NCBI GenBank assembly: GCA_036259315.1
Contig: DATABZ010000309.1
Coordinates: forward strand, 1-54,604
Reading direction: 5' to 3'
Length of the DNA: 54,604 nt
DNA from: Gemmatimonadales bacterium
GTDB taxonomy: Bacteria; Gemmatimonadota; Gemmatimonadetes; Gemmatimonadales; GWC2-71-9
Of this stretch, positions 46,727-54,604 are shown in pieces (within the stretch, counting starts at the first letter, position 1; every line of letters starts with the position of its first letter). The notes beneath the pieces were generated by a model. The model was not told where the DNA came from, made no database searches, and worked only from the letters and a program-made list of their open reading frames with translations. A program made the position numbers and the translations under genes.

Positions 46727-48787
46727 CTAGGTCTCCGTGTCGACCAGCGCGGCGCGCACGCGGTCGGCGAGCTGGCGGGCGGTGAACGGCTTCTCGAGCA
46801 GAGCGCCCCCCGCGGGCAGGCTGCCCTGCCGCTCGATCGCCTCTTCCGCGTAGCCGGTGATGTACAGCACCTTCAGCTCGGGTCTGTCCGCGATCAGCCG
46901 CTCGACGAGCGCCGGACCGGTCATGCCCGGCATCACGATGTCGGTGACGAGCAGGTCGATGGGCCCGCCATGCTCGCGCACCAGTCGCAGCGCCGCCGCG
47001 GGATGCTCCGCCTCGAGCACCCGATACCCCTTGGTACGCAGCACTCGGCAGGCGAGCCGGCGCACCGTCTCCTCGTCCTCCACCACGAGCACCGTGCCCG
47101 CGCCGCCCGGCTGCTCGGCCCACCCGGGCGACTCCACGTCGGCGTACGCCCTGCCCGACACCCGCGGCAGGTACACGGTGAAGGTGCTCCCGTGGTGCAG
47201 TCGGCTGCTCACCCGGATGTATCCGCCGCTCTGCCTGACGATCCCGTAGACGGTGGCCAGCCCGAGGCCCGTGCCCCGGCCGAGCTCCTTGGTGGTGAAG
47301 AACGGCTCGAACAGCCGGGCCTGGGTGCGCTCGTCCATGCCCACGCCGTCGTCGCTGACGCTCAGCTCCACCAGCGGGCCCAGTATCGGAGTGGGCTCCG
47401 GGCCGCGGGACGGGACGTCCGCGGCCTCGACATCGGCGGTGCGGATCGTGAGCATGCCGCCCGAGGGCATGGCATCCCGTGCGTTCACCGCGAGATTGGT
47501 GATCACCTGTTCCAGCTGGCCGGGGTCGGCGAGCACCCGGCCCAGCCCGGGCTGCAGCTGAAGCCGGAGCTCCACATGCTCGCCGATGATCCGCCGCAGC
47601 ATCGCCGTCAGGTCGGACACCACGATGTTGAGGTCCACGATCCTGGGCTGCAGCACCTGCTTCCGGCTGAACGCGAGCAGCTGACGGGTCAGGCCCGCGG
47701 CGCGGTGAGCCGCGCGATTGATCTCCAGCACGTCGAGCCGTCGCGAGTCCTCGGGAGCGATCTCGCGCAGGAGCAGCTCGGCGTTGCCGATGATCGCGGT
47801 GAGCAGATTGTTGAAATCGTGCGCGACGCCCCCGGCGAGCTGGCCCACCGCCTCCATCTTCTGCGCCTGCCGGAGCTGCTCCTCCAGGATCTTCCGCTCC
47901 GTCACGTCCCGCAGATAGACCAGGAAGTAGAGCGGTGCCCCGGACGCGTCCTGCACGACGGAGGTGTTGGCATAGACCCACACGACCACGCCGTCGCGCC
48001 GGAGCAGCCGCAGCGTCGCGTCGGAGGAGTGCGCCTCGCCCGCGATCAGCCGCCGCCGCTCGGCGTGGGCGGTCTCCAGGTCGGCCGGATGGACGACGTC
48101 GGCCACGGTGCGCGCCAGGAGATCGGCCTCGGTGTAGCCCAACAGCTCGCACAGTCTCGGCGTGACCTTGCGCCAGCGGCCGTCGAGCCCCACGTGCGCC
48201 GTCATCACCAGCGCGACGCTCTCCGCCCGCTGAAGCTGCGCCTGACTCTCCCGCAGTGCGTGCTCGATGCGGAGCCGCTCGAGTGCGCCTCCGCAGTGGT
48301 CCGCCAGGGTCTGCAGGACGGCGAGGTCCGCCTGATCGTACGCGTCCCGCGCATAGCTCTGGACCGAGAGGATGCCGTTGATCCGCTCGCCGTGACGCAC
48401 GGGCACGAACAGGAGGGACGCCGACGGCCGACTCACCGCACCGAACGGCGTCAGCCCCTCCGGGCCGGAGGCCGATGGATCGCGCAGGATCAGCTGCGCG
48501 CCTTCGGTGAGCACCTTCCGCGTCATCGGGCCCGCGGGTCCGGAAGGGTAGGCATGCGGCACGTCCACCGGATCGCCGTCGCCCAGCCGATCCATGCTCA
48601 CGACGGCCTGCACGGTGTCGGTCTCCGCCGAGTAGAGGTCCAGGCTGTACGCGTCCCAGCCGAGCACGTCCTGGGCGACGCCGGCGATGATGCGGGCGGC
48701 CTCCTCGGGCGTGCGGACCACCGCGAGCCGGTACCCGAGGTCGAGGAGGGCGGTACCGAGCTCTGCCCGCGAACGATCCGGGGGCAC
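46727..48787 (-). CDS. Hybrid sensor histidine kinase (GAF-PAS-HisKA-HATPase-REC)
   Basis: 686 aa. H-box [10 protein letters not shown]-box [11 protein letters not shown]-boxes DDGVGM and GTGLGLA. The C-terminal receiver has [10 protein letters not shown] and LEKPF. Confidence 0.9.
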   Translation of the reverse strand: MPPDRSRAELGTALLDLGYRLAVVRTPEEAARIIAGVAQDVLGWDAYSLDLYSAETDTVQAVVSMDRLGDGDPVDVPHAYPSGPAGPMTRKVLTEGAQLILRDPSASGPEGLTPFGAVSRPSASLLFVPVRHGERINGILSVQSYARDAYDQADLAVLQTLADHCGGALERLRIEHALRESQAQLQRAESVALVMTAHVGLDGRWRKVTPRLCELLGYTEADLLARTVADVVHPADLETAHAERRRLIAGEAHSSDATLRLLRRDGVVVWVYANTSVVQDASGAPLYFLVYLRDVTERKILEEQLRQAQKMEAVGQLAGGVAHDFNNLLTAIIGNAELLLREIAPEDSRRLDVLEINRAAHRAAGLTRQLLAFSRKQVLQPRIVDLNIVVSDLTAMLRRIIGEHVELRLQLQPGLGRVLADPGQLEQVITNLAVNARDAMPSGGMLTIRTADVEAADVPSRGPEPTPILGPLVELSVSDDGVGMDERTQARLFEPFFTTKELGRGTGLGLATVYGIVRQSGGYIRVSSRLHHGSTFTVYLPRVSGRAYADVESPGWAEQPGGAGTVLVVEDEETVRRLACRVLRTKGYRVLEAEHPAAALRLVREHGGPIDLLVTDIVMPGMTGPALVERLIADRPELKVLYITGYAEEAIERQGSLPAGGALLEKPFTARQLADRVRAALVDTET

Positions 48788-48801
48788 GAGCGGCGACTCC
48801 C

Positions 48802-50163
48802 TCAGGATGCGCGACTCTCCCGGCCGGCGGCCGGGGGCTCGGCCGGGCCCGCGGCGTCCGGCTGGAGCGCGTGCAGGCGGAGCGCCTTCACCCGGCGGCC
48901 CTCCATCTCGGCCACCTCGAGCACGTGGGCTCCCGCCTGGACGCGGTCGCCGGGCCGGGGAAGTCGGCCGAGCTGGCCGAAGACGTAGCCGCCGATGGTG
49001 GTGTAGTCGGTGTCGTCGAGGTTCTCGCCGTGCTCGGAGTTGAAGTCGGAGATCGGCATCGCGCCGTCGAGCTGCGGCGCGCCGGCGGGCCGCGCCTTGT
49101 CCTGGGGGTCGTACTCGTCGTAGATGGGTCCGACGATCTCCTCGAGCAGGTCCTCCATGGTCACCAGTCCCGCCGTGCCGCCGTATTCGTCGAGCACGAC
49201 CGCGAGGTGGGTCTTGAGCCGCTTCATGTCGGCCAGGACGTCCTCCACCTGGCGGGTGCCGGGCACGAAGAGGGGCGGCCGCATGATCCCCCGCACCGTG
49301 CGGCCGGGATGGGCCCGGAGCGCCGCCAGGATGTCCTTCGCGTGGACCACGCCCACGATCTCGTCGAGGGAGTCGGTGAACACGGGGTAGCGCGAGCGGC
49401 CGGCGGCCGCGACCTCGTCCGCCGCGCGCTCCACGGTCAGCTCGGCTTCCAGGGCCACCATCTGGGTGCGGGGCGTCATCACCTCCTGCGCCGTTTTCTC
49501 GCTGAACTCGAACACGCCTTCGAGGAGGCGGGCGTCCTGCTGGAGCAGGCTGCCGCCCTCGGTGCTCTGCTCCACCAGCATCCGGATCTCCTCCGGCGAG
49601 TGGAGCCGCTCGGTCTCGCCCGGCGGGTTGATCTTCATGAGGCGGAGCAGCCGGTTGGCAGTGCCGTTCAGCACCGCGATCGGGAGCGCCATGACCCAGG
49701 CGAAGCCGATCAACGGGGCCGCCACCCAGCCGCTGATCTCCTCCGGGTAGAGGAGCGCCAGGGCCTTCGGCACCAGCTCGCCGAGGATGATGTGGAGCAC
49801 GGTGATGATCATGAAGGCGATCACCGACGCCACGGTGTGGGTGGCGATCGCCGCGGCGGGCGCCGGGAGCCAGCCGAACGCACCTTCGATCACGTGCGCG
49901 AGTGCCGGCTCTCCGATCCAGCCCAGCCCCAGCGAGGCGAGGGTAATGCCGAGCTGGGTGGCCGAGATGTAGCGGTCGAGCGATTGTACGGCGCGGCGGG
50001 CCAACCTAGCTTTGCCGTCCCCGCCGCGGGCCATCTCGTCGAGTCGGGTCTTTCGCGCTCCCACGAGCGCGAACTCCGCGGCCACGAAGAAGGCATTGGC
50101 CAGGACGAGCACCACCACCGCGCTGAGGCCCAGGAGGACCGACGGTGACTCTGCGGGTTCCAT
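48802..50163 (-). CDS. CorC/HlyC-family transporter-associated protein (DUF21-CBS pair-CorC_HlyC)
   Basis: Internal ATG at 50163 (MEPAESPSVLLGL...). Four N-terminal TM helices, a CBS pair and a C-terminal transporter-associated domain. Confidence 0.9.
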   Translation of the reverse strand: MEPAESPSVLLGLSAVVVLVLANAFFVAAEFALVGARKTRLDEMARGGDGKARLARRAVQSLDRYISATQLGITLASLGLGWIGEPALAHVIEGAFGWLPAPAAAIATHTVASVIAFMIITVLHIILGELVPKALALLYPEEISGWVAAPLIGFAWVMALPIAVLNGTANRLLRLMKINPPGETERLHSPEEIRMLVEQSTEGGSLLQQDARLLEGVFEFSEKTAQEVMTPRTQMVALEAELTVERAADEVAAAGRSRYPVFTDSLDEIVGVVHAKDILAALRAHPGRTVRGIMRPPLFVPGTRQVEDVLADMKRLKTHLAVVLDEYGGTAGLVTMEDLLEEIVGPIYDEYDPQDKARPAGAPQLDGAMPISDFNSEHGENLDDTDYTTIGGYVFGQLGRLPRPGDRVQAGAHVLEVAEMEGRRVKALRLHALQPDAAGPAEPPAAGRESRAS

Positions 50164-50188
50164 ATGATTCAACTGTAACGCCGATGCG

Positions 50189-51520
50189 GTGTTACCGCGA
50201 GAGAGCGGCGTGATCCGCCGGCTCGCGGTTCCCCCGTTCGCGGCGTTGGACGCCCTGCTCCCCCAGCGGGCGGGCAGCGATCCCGCCACGCGGGAGGCGG
50301 TCGCCGCGATCCTGGAGGACGTGTTCCGGCGGGGAGACGAGGCGGTCCGGGAGTACACCCGGAGGTTCGACGGCGTGGACCTGCCGCCTGCGGAATGGGC
50401 CCTGGAGTCGGTCCACTGGCAGGGTGCGCTGGACCGGGTGGACCCGGTGCTGCGAGCGGCGTTGGCCCAGGCGGTGGACCGGGTGCGCGAGTATCACCAG
50501 CACCAGCGGGAGGAAGGCTTCCGCCTCGAGTCGCCCGATGGCAGCGTGGTCGGGATGAAGGTGACCCCGCTCGACCGGGTAGGCCTCTACGTCCCGGGAG
50601 GCAAGGCCTCCTATCCCTCGTCGGTGGTGATGAACGCGGTCCCCGCGCTCGTGGCCGGGGTGCAGGAGATCGTCGCGGTGGTGCCGCCGCAGGGGGTGAC
50701 CGACGTGGTACTGGCCGCCTGCGCGCTGTCCGGGGTGACGCGCGTCTTCCGCGTCGGGGGTGCCCAGGCCGTGGGCGCCCTCGCCTTCGGCACCGCCACC
50801 ATTCCGAGGGTGGACAAGATCGTGGGGCCCGGCAACCGCTGGGTGGCGGAGGCCAAGCGACAAGTGGTGGGTCAGGTCGGGATCGACATGATCGCGGGAC
50901 CGACCGAGATCCTGATCATCGCGGACGGGAGCGCCTCTCCCGCCAGGATCGCCGCTGACCTGATCGCCCAGGCCGAACACGACGAGGATGCGACCAGCTG
51001 GTGCGTCACCACCGACGCGGCCGTGGCCGACGCGATACCCGCCGCGCTGGAGGCCGCCCTCGCCGCCGCGCCGCGGGCGGCGATTGCCCGTGCGGCGCTG
51101 GAGCGGAACGGCCTCCTGATCGTGGTGCCGGAGATGCGCGACGCGATCGAGGTGGCGAACCGGCGCGCACCGGAGCACCTGGAGATCCTCGCCGAGGGTG
51201 CGGAGCGGATCGCCGGCGGGGTCCGCCACGCCGGCGCGATCTTCCTCGGCGATCACACCCCTGAGCCGGTGGGCGACTACCTGGCCGGACCGAGCCACGT
51301 GCTGCCCACCGGCGGCACGGCGCGACACGCGTCGCCCCTCGGCGTCTACGACTTCGTGAAGCGCACCAGTGTGATCCGGTACTCCGCCGAGCGGCTGGCG
51401 GCGGATGCCGGGGCGATCGTGGCTCTGGCGGAGGCGGAGGGCCTCTATGCGCACGCGGAGGCGGTCAGGGTGCGCGGCGCGAGCGGGGCGGGCGCCGTGG
51501 AACGCGGCGACAGGCGTTAA
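50189..51520 (+). CDS. hisD: Histidinol dehydrogenase
   Basis: 443 aa as tracked. An alternative GTG at 50210 (VIRRL...) is equally plausible. Motifs [23 protein letters not shown] and [14 protein letters not shown]. Confidence 0.93.
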   Translation: MLPRESGVIRRLAVPPFAALDALLPQRAGSDPATREAVAAILEDVFRRGDEAVREYTRRFDGVDLPPAEWALESVHWQGALDRVDPVLRAALAQAVDRVREYHQHQREEGFRLESPDGSVVGMKVTPLDRVGLYVPGGKASYPSSVVMNAVPALVAGVQEIVAVVPPQGVTDVVLAACALSGVTRVFRVGGAQAVGALAFGTATIPRVDKIVGPGNRWVAEAKRQVVGQVGIDMIAGPTEILIIADGSASPARIAADLIAQAEHDEDATSWCVTTDAAVADAIPAALEAALAAAPRAAIARAALERNGLLIVVPEMRDAIEVANRRAPEHLEILAEGAERIAGGVRHAGAIFLGDHTPEPVGDYLAGPSHVLPTGGTARHASPLGVYDFVKRTSVIRYSAERLAADAGAIVALAEAEGLYAHAEAVRVRGASGAGAVERGDRR

Positions 51521-51529
51521 AATTCGACC

Positions 51530-52522
51530 ATGGCCACCGAGCTCGGACACGTGCACAGCACTCCCGCGGGCCCTCCGGCCCCGCGCGGTGCCCCGCTGCC
51601 TCGGCTGCGCTGGGTCCTCGTTTTCACGGCCGTCGTCATGGTGGTGGAGGCGATCGGCGGCTGGATCGCGGGCTCGCTGGCGCTCCTGGCCGACGCCGGG
51701 CACATGCTCACCGATGTCGGCGCCCTCGGGCTGTCCCTGCTCACGGCCTGGATCGCCCAGCGGCCCGCCGACGATACCAAGACGTACGGCTACCTGCGGT
51801 GGGAGATCCTGGCGGCATTGGTGAACGGCGCGGCGCTCTTCGGCATCGCGGCGTGGGTGGTAGTCGAGGCGATCCAGCGGATCCAGGAGCCCCAGCCGAT
51901 CCGCACCGGCCTCTTCCTCGCGGTGGCCGGGGCGGGCCTGATCGTCAACCTGGCGAGTCTCGCCCTCCTCCACTCCCACCGCGAGGGAAGCCTGAACGTG
52001 CGAGGGGCATACCTCCACGTACTGGGCGACGCCTTTGGGTCGGTCGGTGCGGTAGCCGCCGCGGCGATCGTCGCGCTCACCGGCTGGACCCTGGCGGACC
52101 CCATCGTCTCCATCCTCCTGTCGATGCTCATCCTAGTGGGCGCGGCCCGGCTGCTGCGCGACAGCACCGACATCCTGCTGGAGTCGGTGCCGCGGCACGT
52201 CTCCATGGTGGAGGTCCAACGGCGGATGCTCGCGGTGCCCGGCGTCGAGGCCGTACACGACCTGCACGTGTGGACGGTCACCAGCGGCATGACTGCAATG
52301 AGCGGCCACGCCGTCGTGCCAGATCTCGACGCCCATCCGGGTGTCCTGGACGAGATCCGGCGCGAGATGTCGCTGATGGGGATCGGGCACGTGACCATCC
52401 AGCTCGAGGTCGAGAGCGGCTGCGAGGGCTGCGACGACGCCCGGGAGTCCGCGCTCGCGCCCCGCTGGGGCGACCTGCGGCACGCTCACCACGAGGGCCA
52501 CCACCACGGCCACCGCCACTGA
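51530..52522 (+). CDS. Cation diffusion facilitator (CzcD/ZitB-type Zn/Co/Cd efflux)
   Basis: 330 aa with six TM helices. Metal-site motifs LADAGHMLTD and HVLGDAFGS. His-rich tail HAHHEGHHHGHRH. Confidence 0.92.
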   Translation: MATELGHVHSTPAGPPAPRGAPLPRLRWVLVFTAVVMVVEAIGGWIAGSLALLADAGHMLTDVGALGLSLLTAWIAQRPADDTKTYGYLRWEILAALVNGAALFGIAAWVVVEAIQRIQEPQPIRTGLFLAVAGAGLIVNLASLALLHSHREGSLNVRGAYLHVLGDAFGSVGAVAAAAIVALTGWTLADPIVSILLSMLILVGAARLLRDSTDILLESVPRHVSMVEVQRRMLAVPGVEAVHDLHVWTVTSGMTAMSGHAVVPDLDAHPGVLDEIRREMSLMGIGHVTIQLEVESGCEGCDDARESALAPRWGDLRHAHHEGHHHGHRH

Positions 52523-52583
52523 GGGCGGCCGACCTCCCCCACCTCCGGGCTAACAGGGCTCGCCAGGCCCCCTTCCGACTCTC

Positions 52584-52613
52584 TTGCGGCATCCGACGGT
52601 GTCCTCTATATAT
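52584..52613 (+). promoter_or_regulatory. Candidate sigma70-type promoter for typA (TTGCGG-N17-TATATA)
   Basis: Read directly: TTGCGG 52584-52589 and TATATA 52607-52612. This is the only AT-rich patch in the 159-nt intergenic region. Confidence 0.35.
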
Positions 52614-52621
52614 GCGCCCCG

Positions 52622-52642
52622 GAGGCCCGGGGTCCGGGCCTC
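52622..52642 (+). other. 9-bp GC hairpin in the typA leader
   Basis: GAGGCCCGG-GGT-CCGGGCCTC, read directly. No T-tract follows, so it does not look like a typical terminator. Confidence 0.4.
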
Positions 52643-52681
52643 AACCATTCCCAGGCCCCGTAGGAGTCAGGACAGGCCCCG

Positions 52682-54525
<1,844 letters not shown>

Positions 54526-54604
54526 GCATCGCGAACGCGGCCTAAGGCGCCGGCACTACCACCCTCTCTGATGGCGGAGGAGATCATGTGGGCCTGGGAG
54601 ACGT

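Noticed and set aside
45911-48988. A 1025-aa plus-strand ORF spanning hisZ, the hybrid kinase and the CorC gene. Similar very long ORFs are 5308..7056(-), 2452..4203(+), 13719..15470(+), 17481..19118(-), 27668..29230(+), 38762..40912(-), 40779..42587(-) and 50192..52018(-).
   Set aside because: All lie antisense or out of frame to genes with strong family motifs. Their translations are Arg/Pro/Gly/His-rich with no recognisable motifs. Stop codons are simply rare in such GC-rich DNA, making these typical shadow ORFs.
52622-52642. The hairpin upstream of typA as the terminator of the CDF gene or as a riboswitch.
   Set aside because: No T-tract follows it and it lies downstream of the candidate typA promoter. 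It is too small (21 nt) for a known riboswitch class. It is kept as an unexplained leader hairpin only.
54571-54604. Possible 5' end of a further plus-strand gene (ATG 54571, or ATG 54586 after GGAGGAG).
   Set aside because: Only 6-11 codons are visible before the window ends, which is too little to support a call.

Overview
This is a very GC-rich (judged by eye, not computed), densely packed bacterial chromosomal segment. The gene content points to a diderm: FtsEX-EnvC, SurA-like chaperones, an LPS-type heptosyltransferase and an outer-membrane beta-barrel candidate. Phylum cannot be determined from sequence alone. I support 45 protein-coding loci, mostly housekeeping: uvrA, mfd, nfo, pckA, lepA, typA, ftsEX, hisGZ/hisD, pdxA, PLP enzymes, transporters and peptidases. 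Many are joined by ATGA/GTGA start-stop overlaps. I found no rRNA, tRNA, CRISPR array, transposase, integrase or phage genes. The most interesting points are listed here. (1) An uncharacterised two-gene module at 22953-24391 pairs a GHKL/RsbW-type ATPase carrying its own STAS-like N-terminus with a DUF4325/STAS-like protein carrying a C-terminal winged-helix-like region. It looks like a sigma-less partner-switching device and is translationally coupled inside a lepA-to-cystathionine-synthase gene chain. (2) Both translational GTPase paralogues in the window are damaged. lepA has an in-frame TAG followed by 13 perfectly conserved codons. typA/bipA has a 1-nt deletion inside the DTPGH motif. (3) A pseudo-receiver-GAF-degenerate-GGDEF protein retains an RxxD I-site. 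(4) A tail-anchored triple-FHA protein sits next to a PP2C phosphatase with no kinase in the window. (5) A ~110-nt rod-like structured element lies downstream of an ABC exporter. (6) An 8-nt tandem repeat lies inside a PfkB kinase gene. The many very long antisense ORFs in the track are treated as high-GC artefacts.
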